Origin: Camelus ferus
Taxonomy: Eukaryota
Reading direction: 5' to 3'
Assembly (NCBI RefSeq): GCF_009834535.1
Contig: NC_045697.1
Span: 32,676,001-32,740,000, forward strand
DNA: 64,000 nucleotides
Part shown: one piece after another, positions 41,001 through 54,940 of the stretch
Layout: each line of letters begins with the position of its first letter
Numbering within the stretch: position 1 is the stretch's first letter
Position numbers and translations under genes: made by a program
Notes under the pieces: model-generated
Databases searched by the model: none
What the model was told of the DNA's origin: nothing
What the model saw: only the letters and a program-made list of their open reading frames with translations

Positions 41001-44000
41001 CAGATTGATGAGAGGATGGAAATAGATATTTCACGCAAATGGAAATGATAAGGAAGTGGAGGCAGAAATACTCATAACAGACAAAACTGACTTAAAATGC
41101 AGGCTGTAAAGAAAATAAAGAATACTCCATAGTGATAAAAGGATCAATACAATAATAGGATATTAAACTCATTATCATGCACCCAATATAGGAGCACCTA
41201 AATATATAAAACAAGTACTAACAGACATAAAGGGAAAAATTGATGGGAATACAATAACAGCAGTAGACTTTAACACCCCATTAACATCAATGGATAGATC
41301 TTACAGACAGAAAATCAATAAGGCACAGAGATTCTATGTAATACAACAGAACAGTTAGGCTTAATAGATATTTTCAGTATATTACATGCCAAAAAAAAAA
41401 AAAAAAAAAAACCCCACACACACACACAGAATACACATTCTTTTCCTGTGCTCACTGAAGAGTCTCCAGGACAGACAACAAACTCAGACACAAAACAGGC
41501 CTCAACAAATTTAAGAAGATTGAAATTTTTTCAATTATTCAATTATTGTTGACCATAGAGGCATAAATCTAGAAATCAATCACAGAAAGAGAAATGGAAA
41601 AAAAAAAAAGAAAAAAGATTGCACGGAGACTAAACAACATATTACTAAAACACTGATGGGTCAACAATGACATTAAAGAGGAAATTAATACCTGGAGACA
41701 AATGACAATGAAGACAGAACTATACAAAGTCTATGGGATGCAGCAAAATCAGTCCTAAGAGGAAAGTTCCTAGGGATACAGGCCTTTCTCAAAAAAAACA
41801 AGCAAAATCTCAAATAAACAACCTAACCTACCAACTAAAAGAATTACAAAAAGAAGAACAAAACCTAAAGTCAGCAGAAGGAAAGAAATAATAAAGATTA
41901 GGGAGGAGATAAATAAAATAGGAATTTAAAAGACAATAGAAAAAAAATCAATAAAACCAAGAACTGTTTTTTATTTTGAAAGAGTAAACAAAATTGACAA
42001 ACTTTTGGCTAGGCTCACCAAAAGGAAAACAAAGAGGACCAAAATAAACAAAATAAGAAAAGAAAATGAAGAAATTACAACCGATACTACAGGAATAGAT
42101 AAAAAAAAAAAGAGAGAGAATTCTATGAACAATTATATGCCAACAAATTGAACAATCTAGAATAAATGGTCATGTTTCTAGAAACTATAGTCCACCAAAA
42201 CTGCATAAAGAAGAAATACAAAATTTGAACAGACTAATTACTAGAATGAAATAGAATCTACAAAAAAACAATTCCTGTAAAGAAAAGTCCAGGACCAAAT
42301 GGCTTCACTGGGAATTCTACCAAACACACAAAGAATTTACACTGATCTTTCTCAAGCTCTTCCAAAAGATTGAAGAGGAGGGAACACTACCAAACTCATT
42401 CTATGAAGCCACTATCATGCTGATACCAAAATTAGACAAAAACACTACCAAAAAAATGAATATAGATGAATATAGATGCAATACAGATGCAAAAATTCTC
42501 AACAAAATACTAGCAAACTGAATCCAACAACACATAAAAAAGATCATACACTGTGATCAATTCAGATTTATCCCAGGGTCACAAGGATGGTTCAATACAT
42601 GCAAATCAATCCATGTAATACACCTCATCAGCAAAAGAAAGGGCAAAAACCATGTGATAATCTCAATACATGTGGGAAAAGCATTTGATAAAATTCAACA
42701 TCAATTCATGATAAAAACTCTTACCAAAGTGGATATAGAGCGAACATATCTCAACATAATAAAACTATTTATGACAAACCCACAAGCAACATAATATTCA
42801 ACGTTGAAAAAGTTGAAACCCTTTCCACTAAAATCTGGAATGGGACAAGGATGCCCATTCTCACCATTTCTATTCAACACAGTATTGCAAGTCCTAGCCA
42901 TAACAATCAAACAAGATAAATAAGTAAATGTATACAAATTGGAAGAGAAGAGGTAAAATTGTTATGATATGCCAATGACATAGTATTATACATAGAAAAC
43001 CCAAAAGGTCCCACACAAAAACTACTAGAGCTGATTGAAGAATTCAGCAAGGTAGCAGGATACAAAATTAACACACAGAAATCAGTTGCACTTCTTTACA
43101 CTAACAAAGAAATATCAGAAATGGAAAGCAAAAAAAAGAAAAAACAAAAAAGCAATCCCTTTTAAAATCACATCAAAAAAATACTTAGAAATAAACCAGA
43201 CCAAGGAGGTGAAAGACTTACATGCTTAGAACTAAAAACACTGATAAAGGAAATTAAAGATGATTTTAAAAAATGGAAAGATATCCCATGCTCTTGGATT
43301 GGAAGAATTAATAGTGTTAAAATGGCCACACTACCCAAAGCAATATACAGATTTAATGCGATCCCTATCAAATTACCTAGGATATCTCTCACAGAAATAG
43401 AACAAACAATCCTAAAATTTATATGGAATCACAAAAGACCTAGAATTGCCAAAGCAATACTGAAGAAGAAGAATGAAGCTGGAGGCATAACCCTCCCAGA
43501 TTTCAGACACTACTACTATGCTATAGTAATTCAAACAGTGTGGTATTGGCACAGAAACAGACATATGGGTCAAAGGAACAGAACAGAGAGCCCAGAGATA
43601 AAATCACACACCTAAAATCAATTAATGTTCAACACAGGAGGCAAGAATATACAATGGAGAAAAGACAGTCTCTGACAAATGATGCTGGGAAAGCTGGATA
43701 TTCTCATGAAACTCAATAAAGTTAGAATATTCCCTTACACCATAAACAAAAATAAACTCAAAATGGCTTAAAGACAAACATAAGACAAGATACCATAAAT
43801 CTGCTGGACGAGAATATAGACAAAACATTGTCTGATTTAAACCACAGCAGTTTTCCTAGGTCAGTCTCCCAAGGCAATACAAATAAAAGCAAAAATAAAC
43901 AAATAGGACCCAATTAAACTTATAAGCTTTTGCATAGCAAAGGAAACTATATACAAAGCAAAAAGACACCCTCCAGACTGGGAGAAAATATTTGCAAACA

Positions 44001-45050
44001 AGCTGCTGACAAGGGCTTAATTTCCAGAATATATAAACTGCTCATACAACTCAATGACAGAAAAACAACCCAATCAAAAAAAAAAAGGCAGAAGACATAA
44101 ACAGACACTTCTCCAATGAAGACATATAGATGGCCACTAGGTACATGAAAAGATGCTCAATATTGCTAATTACCAGAGAAATGTAAATCAAAACTACAAT
44201 GAGGTATCACCTTACACTGTTCAGAATGGCCACCATTAAAAAGTTTACAAAGAATAAATTCTCAAGAGGGTGTGGAAAAAAGGGAACCCTCCCACACTAT
44301 TGGTGGGAATGTAATATGATGTAGCCACTAAAACTAAAAATAGTTACTGTATGATCCATAAATCTCACTCCTGGTCATGTATCTGGAGAAAATTCCAATT
44401 CAAAAAGATATTTGTACCCTAATGTTCACAGCAGCACTATTTATGATAGCTAAGACATGGAAGCAATATAAATGTCCACCAACAGATGAATGGATATAGA
44501 AGATGTGGTTTATAGATATATACCAACACACACACACACATACACACACACACACACACACAATGGAAGACCACTCAGCCATAAAAAATAATGAAATATT
44601 GCCATTTGCAGCAACATGGATAGACCTAAAGATTATCATACTAAGTGAAGTAAGTCAGACAGAGAAAGATAAATATCACATGATATCACTTACATGTGGA
44701 ATCTGAAAAGAAAAAAAGACAAATGAAGTTATTTATAAAACAGAAATAGACTCAGAGATATAGAAAAAAAACTTATGGTTATCAAAGGGGAAAGCAGGGG
44801 TCAAGGATAAGTTAGGAGTTTGAGATTAACAGTTATATACTACTATGTATATAATAGACAAAGTCCTACGGTATAGTATAGGGAACTATATTCAGTATCT
44901 TGTAATAACCTACAATGAAAAATAAATATACACATACACACACACACACACATACATATATACACACACACACATATATATATATATATGACTGAATCAC
45001 TATGCTGTATACCAGAAACACAACATGGTAAATCAACAACACACCAATAA
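38100..45050 (+). mobile_element. Full-length, inactivated L1 (5' UTR, ORF1 ~39650-40465, ORF2 from ~40849, 3' UTR)
   Basis: ORF1 coiled-coil remnant (39650..39961), ORF2 start MAINTHQSIITLNVN, RT and C-terminal motifs with many stops/frameshifts, AATAAA end. TSD aaaaaagactatcct (38085-38099) / aaaatagactatctt (45051-45065) at a TTT/AAAA site. Confidence 0.95.
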
Positions 45051-45675
45051 AAAATAGACTATCTTACCCCCAAATTTGATCACCAGAAAGAAAGTCATAG
45101 AATTCACAATTAGTTGAAGAATATCCTTTTCCAATATTTTTTCAAAATTGTTTTATGTTCCAAATCAGTAGTAATATCTTTAGGTGTCTCAATATAAAAA
45201 TTAAATACGTCAAAGTTTTTAACCATGTATCTTATTCCAAGATACCTTTTTATGAAGAAGATGCAATGTTGAATAGGTCTGATACTGTCCTTTTGCAGTC
45301 AAACGTTTTCAAACACATTTAATTAGGCTATTCTTTTTTCTATCTGGTATCAGCAAATACATTCCAAGGAATCAAACCAAACCTTCTGATGAGGCTTCTA
45401 AATTTTTCCTCTTGTGCACAGTAGTCAGTGGGCTGAGTACCCTACAATTTACAATCCCTTTTCAGAATTTAACATGCTAACTATCTCATTCACCATGTAC
45501 TATGAGAACATTTGTAAAAGTGCATAGGTACACAAATTAGTGGATTCCTGAGTATTTTTGTCATTCACCTAGAGACTTGTCCCTGAGATCTGGGTGTCAA
45601 TTTTTTGGCAATATATTATTCAGTCAGATATAGTTTATAAATTTGTTTCTTGTCAAACTCACTCTCTAGTCTAGA

Positions 45676-45848
45676 CCAGTGGTCCTCAAATATAAACCTG
45701 TATTAGAATTATTTCAGAACCTTTATACTTAGATGTTTGTCTGATTTACTGTGGTTTTTATTCAGCAGTCTGAGAGTTGTTTCACAACATTTTACGAGCT
45801 CCTTCAAATGATTAGTATTTGAATATAAACATTTGAGAACCTTTGCTC
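45676..45848. mobile_element. MER5-type hAT MITE
   Basis: ccagtggtcctcaaa ... tttgagaacctttg terminal inverted repeats around ~170 bp. Confidence 0.6.
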
Positions 45849-48729
45849 CAAACAAAATTTTAACTATTTGAGCACCATACCAGGAGTCAGAAGAAACACA
45901 ATCAGCATAACTAGGCACTTCAAGGTTTGTTTTCATGTATGTATCTTAGATCCTTTTTTATCTTTTTCCCCATGGGCAACCTGCTATGGAGTTTGAGAGT
46001 TTGGCAGTTTGATCAATAAGCAGTTTCTGGTCCCCTGCTCCTCCCATACTCAGTTAAGAGGCTTGAGTGGGGCTGAGAATATTCATATATTACAAGGTCC
46101 CCAGGTGAATCCTTATGATTCAAGTCTTCCAGTGATGGGCAGGGGATAATTTTCATTCATTCATTAAGTGAATACTTTGACTTCTTACCACTCCTAATAT
46201 TTCCCTTGATTTTTCAAGGCACATGATTTTCATTATTCCGTACCACACCTCAGACTTGGCTACATTTCCCCAACCAACAGGGAGGTAGAAGACATGAAAC
46301 AAATGTCATTGCAAGGACTGTGTTTAGGGCCACACAAATTAAAAGTGCACATCCTTTTTCAGATTTGCGAGGCCACTTTATCCCAATGAAGAAAGTAAAA
46401 GAGAAGGGAAATAGACACACTTCCACACACCATCTCCTTCACATACTTAATCCTCCACATGACCCAGTCTTTATTAACCATGATTTACGTTTAAGGAGAC
46501 AAATTTCCCAAAAGTATAAGTAAAGATCAAGTTCATAAAATCAATGAACGGCAGAAGCGGAATACTAACTGAGATCCTACTGATGCACGCCTCACAAACT
46601 AATTATTACACTACGCTGTCCCCAAAATATGGTGATAACAGTGAAAGCATGGAACCTTCTCATGTAATGCTAGACTGGATTAATTAGTTGATTGTTCTCT
46701 TGGTAAGACATGTGCTGCAAATATCTGGAATTTTTTCTCATACCAACATTAAATCTACAGCTATTTTACTTTTAAACTATATCCTCATTTTTGGATTCCA
46801 TGTCCTAAACAATACTTTATTTTTCTATTTTGTTCCCAATTTTTTAGAATATTGAAATAAGAATTTTAATATTTTAGGAAAATACAGGGTTAGTAGTATT
46901 TCAAGAAAATTTTGAGAGGTGAATTTCAAGGAAAAGAATGAAATAACCTGTAAAAGATTTTCCTAAAACACTTATGAATTAAGAAAACCTCCTAGCTTTT
47001 ACCATAAGCACGTAAGAGCCCTCTCAAGCTCATCCTTCCTCTATCAGACAGGCATATTAAATGTAATATAATACAAGTTCATTAAATAAAATATTTATTA
47101 TATAAACAGTGTGATATAAAATCTGGAATGCCTTGATAAAGCATCCTTTAATACTGTGCTTAATACTAAAGTTCATCTAGAAACTAGTGCTATGATTGAA
47201 TGCATCATTTAAGCCATCTCTAATGGCACATTGTAGAGGGTTCTTCTTTAAGGTAATCTGTATTTCTATATCAGAAATAGTGACACTGTGCAAGTCTGCT
47301 CAAGCCAATACTTTCCACTTGTTTGTAATCCACGTTATACTAATGTAACATATGCGGTCTTACGGCATCAGTTAGATTTTGAAGTCCATAAATCATCTGC
47401 TTCATTTTTCCTGTCCTAAATCATTTGAAGAGTTTTTATTCTCATTTATTTTCCTTTTTCACCTTCTATTTTATTCTCACCTGATTTGCTTTTCATATTT
47501 CTGTCCATTTTCCCAAAGAACTATGCTAAGCAGAAGGTTACACTACCTTGGTAACATACAGGAATTTTCAATCAGCAGACACAAAATGAACATTAGCCCC
47601 TGTAGGCTCTAATCACACTGACACTGTCAAGTGCAGTTCAGTTACAATGGTTTAGTTTAGAGCACTTCAATTATAAATCCTGACAGTGGAGGGAATATTG
47701 GTTCACCGAAGAAGTCACTAAGTAGATACCTCCTGTCATATGAGTGGGAAGGAAATCTTTAAAAATTAAAGTTAATGATAATTTTAATGAAAGAAACTCC
47801 CTAAGTACATTCTTGAACCATATGAATTCAACTTAGAATAAATGAGAAGGCTTAGGATATTTTCATTTTAGATTAATGTGCTCTGGACACTATTGTTGCT
47901 GTATCTATGCCTCATTTCCAAACTAGCCTCAATATGACTAATTATTGCAATATTTTTTATAATCATTTTATCACTATGATCAAATACTATGCTCCTTATG
48001 CAGGCAAAAGAGAGAGTCACATAGCATGTTGAAAAATCAATGGCTATTATTTTGCAATTAATAAATTGTTTTAAAAATGGATTATTTAATGCTTAGCCTT
48101 TTTAATACACAATTTAAAGTAACAGATTCTTTTAGATTAACCATTGACTATAAATCCAATTCACTTTAAAAACACATAGTGTATGGAAATATAATTTATA
48201 TTTATTAAAATTGAGGACAGATACTTTTAGAGAAATAAGGGGTCCTATATTCTACTACAGATTACAATATGCTCTAGTTGAGATTTCAGGTAAGTGACTG
48301 TATCTTATTTTCTTCTAAATTCTACAGCAATAAAATGAAGTATATAAAAAATTTCTTAAAAGGTCTATAATTTAAATCATAAGCAGTTTAAAAAAAACTT
48401 GCACAATACAAATAAATAACCCTGGATAATTAATTTTGTCCCACTATCTTTTCTTTTGCTATTTCATTTTAACCTTTTGTTCACATAGTCAAGCACAGTT
48501 TGTTTCTCTTGCATATAGTGTCCACTACTGTCACAGATTTAGAACAAAACAATTGTGAGAAAGTGGAACAAAAGGGATTACACATAAGAGCCCAAAATTT
48601 CTATGCCTATTTTTTTTTTCCTTTAGCACCTGGAATGTAAGCATTGGATTTCCATGGAATAAAAGTGAGAGAGACACTTAAATCCATGATACACATATAT
48701 CATGTAACTTCTGTCTGTTATCTCTTACA

Positions 48730-49050
48730 TTGCAGGTGTCTAGTTGCCATGTTCTTTCTGCTTTTGCTTATAATACCCAGTAGGGCTGTGCTCCTCTGGA
48801 GGCTCTAGGGGCCAGCCTGGTCCCAGGCTCATGCAGTTGGCAGGATTCATTTTCTTTCACTTATAGTATTGAGGAACCCATTTCCTTGCTGGCTGTTGGT
48901 GAAGGGCTAGTCTTTGCTCCTAGAGGCCACCCACCTTCCTTCTCATGTTTTCCATGTATTCCTACTTCTTCAAACAAGGGCAGGTGGAATCTCTCTCATG
49001 TTTCAAATATCTCCCCTTCCAGTTCACCCTTCTGATGGATCCCCCAAATA
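48730..49050 (-). mobile_element. MLT1 LTR fragment
   Basis: agggctgtgctcctctggaggctctagggg...gttggcaggattca...ttccttgctggctgt...cctagaggccacc. Confidence 0.65.
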
Positions 49051-52000
49051 AAAAGGAAGTCACTGTCTTATTATTTTTTTCTTACCAATATTTAGTAAAT
49101 TTCAGTCTGCAGTACTTGCATTTATTTTGCTACTCTTTTTTGTATTTCTTATTTAAGGTAACTGTTTTCCCCACAACAAATCTATAAATTCTGCATGCTC
49201 TGTTGTGTTAAGCCACCAAGTGTGTGGTAATTTTTTACAGATAACTCAGGAAATTAATACATCATATATATGAAGTTCTAGAGGAGGCAAAACTAATCTA
49301 TAGTCACAGCAGATATTGTCTGAATCAGAGATTAGGGAAAGGTTGCCTGCAAAGTGACATACAGGGACTTTTCGGGAGGTGGAAAATGTATCTCTTGACT
49401 GTCGTTATGGTAATATTAGTATGTATATTTGTCATAACTCATGAACTACAACATTAAAATAATGTTAATTATATGTCAAAAAATTAGAAGTATGATTCAT
49501 TAGTTCATTGCTCATTTAATCTTATAGGCAAATCATCACGTGGCCTGTAGTCAATGTTGGTAGTACAAAATGGACAGAGGTGAAAGTAAAGTTTATCCTT
49601 TCACTATGGTCAAGTCTATAAGGACATCGTGGTCTCATTCTATTTATGCCTGGATTTACTATACATCTCAAAGTGGTGCATAATCTGGGGAGGAGTAAGA
49701 TAGCAACCCTTGGTTTCAGAGGGTGTTCTTTGTTGGCTCACTAGTGGGTTGCTTTTATTTGCCTTATCATTGTTGACATCTGATGATAAATCACCCCAGC
49801 TTCCGAACACATGAAAAGTCACAAACAATAATGAAATAACTTTCTTTGAGTAACAGAAGACAGGCAGAGCAAGACAGTGGAGCAAAATAACCATGACCAG
49901 CCTTTGTTATTTTTTTTAATAATCTCTCTGAGCATAGCTGAGGAATCAATTTACTACTCAAATAATTTTTCAAGGGAGAGTGAACAATTGATTCCATCAA
50001 TTTGAGGAATTTATTAAATCCTGAGTGACTGAAATGTCAGAATATTTGCTTATCTCTAAATCGGGAAGACACTGAGATACTATCATTAACTTTGACATGT
50101 GGGAAGGAGTTCTTACACTGGATTGTGGAAGGTACAAAAACAGCACAAAGACATAGATAAAAATTGTTTGTGAAGCAATGTCAGCATGAAGAGGAGATCA
50201 GAGCAGGAAACAAGGAAATACTAATTAGCAAACAGGCCTCTTGCTTTACTTTAAGCTTCTCTCTCCACTACCTCTCCCTTTACCTATCTTGATTGTGTTA
50301 CTTTTGTGTGACTCTAAACATTACATTTTGGCATTACTAGAAAAATATCCACCCAGTCACATAATTTTGCAAGTTAAAACAACCATGTCATTGCCCAGAA
50401 CTTCGAGAGATAGAGAAACCCTACAGTTTATCTTATAGAATATGAAAATTGCCTTCACGGTATAATTTTGCAAATGATAACATGAAGACCTTTGTCCTAA
50501 ACCTTAGTATTGAGAGCTTAGATTTAGGCATGCAATCATTTTCATAGGCATTTTAACATCTTGGCCCTAATATGTGTTTTTATTTTATAGTGTACAGATC
50601 TAGAGTTTAACCAGAAAATCTGGCCAATTGGCTGTCAGCTTTTTTTAGAGGAATGAACTTCCCAGAGTAAATGGTATATAATAAAAGAATACAAGAGACT
50701 ATATGTTAGCTTAGTGAAGACACTGAGGCAGGTGGATTCCAACAAAGGGAAGAACATAACAAATGTCAAGTGAAATAATATAGTAAAAAAAGGTATAGTA
50801 CCTTTAAAGAACAGAAAATAGTATTACTGAACAACAGAGCTTAGGATGAAGAGTTTTTGAGAGATGTAGCTGGAGAGATATAAGAAGAACAAGAAAATAA
50901 ACCAAAGGAAAAAGTTATGATTTGACTTACACTAAGAGCAATAAAAGGCATACTAGTTTTCCTGAAGGGAAGGAAATGTTCAGGTGTTCCTGTGCTGCTG
51001 AAATTGAGGGGCTTTCCAATCTTGGGACCTAGGGTAGACTTCTTCATATCTACTATTATTGAGTACAGGAAGTAGCAGAAGTAGATTAAGAGAGATCAAA
51101 GCTCTCATAACTGTCAGAGGTTATGTGTGCAGTTTGAGGCCAAATCCCTGAAGGGGTAGGCTGACGTCTGTAAGGCCAGAGTCAGGCTGTGGAAACTTTG
51201 AATATTATGAACTCTGAACATTCACTATCCTTTTTCCTTAAAATGGAAATCTTTTTCTTTTTCTTTTTTTCTTTCAGAAAAAGCTACTGACTCACTTGAT
51301 AAAGAACTTATCTCTCATGCCTACAGAGATGAACCTGAAACCCAGAGTGGCCAGAGTATCCATAATGATGAGCTCAGAGGTAGACATATGAATTAAGCAG
51401 AAGCAGAGTTACTGGGGCATTTAAGGTGGATACTGAGGGAGGAGGCTAGCTTTTATTATTCTTTAATTGTCAGCTAAAAGAGCACTGTTAAGTCTAAAAG
51501 GTTTGTTAGCAATTTGTCATAATATGGAGAGTAATTAATTGATTTTGTTTAAGCTAGTTTGAGATTTAGTGCAAGTATCCTAACTGATATGTGTATTAAT
51601 GGAAAAACAAATTTACTTGGCATCAGAATGTAATAACACTTTAATGGATTATAAATATATCTATAATTACATATAAATATATGTATATATGCCATAACTC
51701 AGAATAATTCATATTTTATAGTAGAAAAATAATCAGAGCATATTAATTAGAGGCAAAGTAATTAAAAGCACATATTTGACATATATTAGGTATGTGTCAT
51801 TTGCTGAAATGTGGAAGTAAGATGAACTAATACATTTTAATGATTTAAGGTTACATCCTAACAGTATATACAAATATTTAAAGCACATGCAAAATCTGTG
51901 AAATTTATTGTCATGGTTTTTTTTTTTTTTTTTAAAGAAACTTCACTCTAGCCTTTGTAATGAAGTCCTGTTTTAACATTAGGTCAAAGTATTTTGTCTT

Positions 52001-52729
52001 GAAGCAAAACATCTTTTAAATGTGTTATTTGCATTCCATATAAGATTAGTGCAGGGGCCTTAGTATTTTCTGAGTCTTTTGTGAAGACTGCTTTGAAGGT
52101 CAAAGTGCATATCACTGTATTCCAGGTGACATACCCTGCTGTCACTCATGAATTAATCATATGCCAACTCTGTAATGATGCATGCAGTGAATACACTGAA
52201 TAGTTCATTAATTGTTTGATTAGAGGAAACACATTGGGAAATGTATGCTATGGTAACAACGCTATCTATATATTTTTTTTCTATTTCCCCAGACAGTAAA
52301 CTACAAGTATCATCTTCAATACACTAAATTACACCTAACATGATATTCTATCAGCAAATTTTATTAAAAGTAATAAACACTGTCTAAATGTTAATAGATC
52401 CATTGAATCAGTGACAGTGGGAGCCTATAAACATATTCATCAGTTTTACTCAAGTCTGCATGGTTATACAGATAGGAAACACAAAAGCAATATTAAATAT
52501 ACTTTTGGATTTTAGATAATCTAATTATATTTGTAAGTAATTACTGACAAGACTATTGCACAGAAAAACAACATTGTTTGAACTTCAATTTTTTACTTTG
52601 AATTTAGGATCCACGGAATATTAATTTCAGTGGTTAAGAGTGTATCACACTCCTATGATTCATATAAATTTGAATCAATAGCAAACCAAATGGGGAAATT
52701 CAAAACATGTTTGTTTGTTTAGAACCTCA

Positions 52730-53925
52730 GTTTCATAGGGATCCAGACCACATCAACCATCATAAACTGCTGACCAGCTTGCTTCAAGTAATAGTCATAC
52801 ATACCTTGGTCCTGACCGTGGACACTACAGTGCTCCATAAACTGGGTCTCACATCTCAGTGTGGTCTCGGAGTCCACGGAGAACACAGAATCAGATGTGT
52901 AGACGAGAGTTTTTGTGGAAGTCCCGGATTCCAGTAGAGTAGTTCCTGCATACTGTTGGAAGAAAAAAAAATATATGAGTTTGGATGCACTGGAGAGGGT
53001 AAGAGTGACTGCCTGACTTTACCTGCATAACTACTTCCCCAAGGAAGCACAGGTTTGTGCCAAAAAAGACTGTCTTCGTCCATGATTTATCACATGGGGA
53101 AAGTGAGAGTATGTGAGTGAGTACTCAGACTCCCCAGCCATGTGAGATGCTGCCAAGAGGCCCTGTTTCTTTTTTTGCCTCATCCAGAGTACTGAGCTGT
53201 GAGCTGCACTAGCTGGGGTAGGGAGAGCTGCACTAGTTGCTGAGAGAGCAACAGAAAGGAGTCTCAGATGGCATTAAAGGCATGTGGATTCAGGGTCTGC
53301 TAACTGCATTGTGAACTCCATCAAGAAGGCCACCAAAGAGCCACTGGGGGAACCTCTCTTGTGGATCCTCCCAAGTGCCCTATGGGAACCCCCACTGCTT
53401 TGTGCATCTCACCCACACACCTCCCAAACTGTGTGACCCTCTGCCTGTGAACACTCCAGATGGCCTCAAGAATGAGCTTCGTCGGATGGCCAGTGAGCAC
53501 TGCAGAAAATCAGCCTGAATCTCGGGCCAGGTGCAACTAGAAATTTGAGTGTTAGCGTCACCATTGGCAAAGCAAATGGGAGGCTGTCAGCAATCAGTCT
53601 GGTGTGTTGTGGGACTGACAGAAGACTATATGCTAAAGAATTCTGCCACGAGAGGAAGCAAGAAGTGCGACACAGGTGTATTCACTGAGGATAAAGGACT
53701 GAGAAAGCCTCAAAATCCTTAGCAGAGCAGTGGGAAGGAAATTCTCTCCTAAAGTTAGTCAGTAAATACTGGAGGAAGTGTCTGCTATTTCCAATGGAAT
53801 GACAGCAACTGCAAGGATTTCAAGAAACAGACAAAATCATGGAATCATGACATCAGTAAGGGACCACAATAATTTCCTCGTAACCAATCCCCAAAATACC
53901 CCTGATAAAGAACTCAAAATAGCTA
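52730..53925 (+). mobile_element. Old L1 5' UTR and beginning of ORF1
   Basis: GC-richer 5'-UTR-like sequence leading into ...atcatgacatcagtaagggaccacaataatttcc...cctgataaagaactcaaaatagct, typical of an L1M ORF1 start. Confidence 0.6.
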
Positions 53926-53926
53926 G

Positions 53927-54085
53927 GTTTTTTTTTCCCCTGTGACGAGAAATTCTAAGACCTACTCTCTTACTAACTTTATATATACAATATTAACTAA
54001 AGTCACCATATTGTACTGTTACAACCCCATTAGTTATTTATGTTCTAACTAGAACCTTGTTCTGTTTGCTTCCTATCCTTGCCCA
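53927..54085 (-). mobile_element. L1MA-like 3' UTR fragment
   Basis: gagaaattctaagacctactctctta...atattaactaaagtcaccatattgtac...taactagaaccttgt is homologous (reverse) to ~14560-14680. Confidence 0.7.
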
Positions 54086-54094
54086 GCCACTCTG

Positions 54095-54940
54095 TTGCAC
54101 GGGGTGGTCAGAAGGGCCCGGCCAGCTTCTGGACGGCCACGCTACCCTACCCAAGTCCCAGGCAGGCCAGGAAGGCAAGGCCAGCGCCTTCCTCTTCGTG
54201 GAGGAGGCGTACTCGGAGGCCACGACCAGCGAGCGCAGTCGCGTGCCCCTGAAGAGCCCAGAGAGGGCGCCTCTAAGGGGAACCCCCTGCTCCCCACACA
54301 CCCCGCGCAACCCCTCCTCAACAGCGGCGGCGCAGGCGCGGAGACGCCGCCCCACCCCCAACCCCACCCGCAGCCCCGCGGTGTAGCCGGAACTTCAGCC
54401 CAGGTGGAACTGGAGCCTGAGCAGAAGCCCAGGCACCCAGACAACAGCGAGCCCCGCCTCATTCGAGGGGACCTACAGGGCCGAAGTCATGCCAACCTGG
54501 GGTCCCCGAGGAGAAACTACAAGTGCCACGACGCAGGATGCGAGAAAGTTTTGCGCCTTGAGAACTCACAACGGCAAGAGGGCCTTCGCCTGCGGCTGGC
54601 AGCACGGCAACTTGAAGTTCGCGCCTCCGCCGAGCTGGCGCGGTAGCGCCTCACTGCGCACGCGCGAAAGCGTATGTGGCCCACCTGTGGCAAGCTCTTC
54701 AAGGGCGAGGACCGCTTGAGGAAGCCCGCGCGCCCCCGCACGCACTCCTGCCCGGCTGCTGCAGCAGCCCCGCGGGGACCCGGCCCCGCTCCCTCAGCGA
54801 CGCCAACAGCTCCACCACCAGCCCGGCCCACGCGCCTTGAGCGCCTGCGCCCCCCCCCCCCAGGCTCTCACTAGCCCCGCCGCCCCCGCCCCTCGTCGCC
54901 ATGGGCCGAGGCCTGAGGACCCTCCCCCTTACCGCAGCCA
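54095..54940. promoter_or_regulatory. CpG island-like segment
   Basis: About 75-80 CpGs in ~840 bp by hand count, with GC-box-like runs (cccgccgcccccgcccc at ~54876-54892), in an otherwise CpG-poor window. Activity is not shown. Confidence 0.7.

Noticed and set aside
44527..44990. (CA)n/(TA)n runs
   Set aside because: Ordinary microsatellites expanded inside the L1 3' region.
51250..51385. Polypyrimidine tract + CAG followed by a weak GT donor (possible exon); similar acceptor at ~3265-3296
   Set aside because: No recognisable protein, weak donor, no partner exons; such tracts are common by chance.
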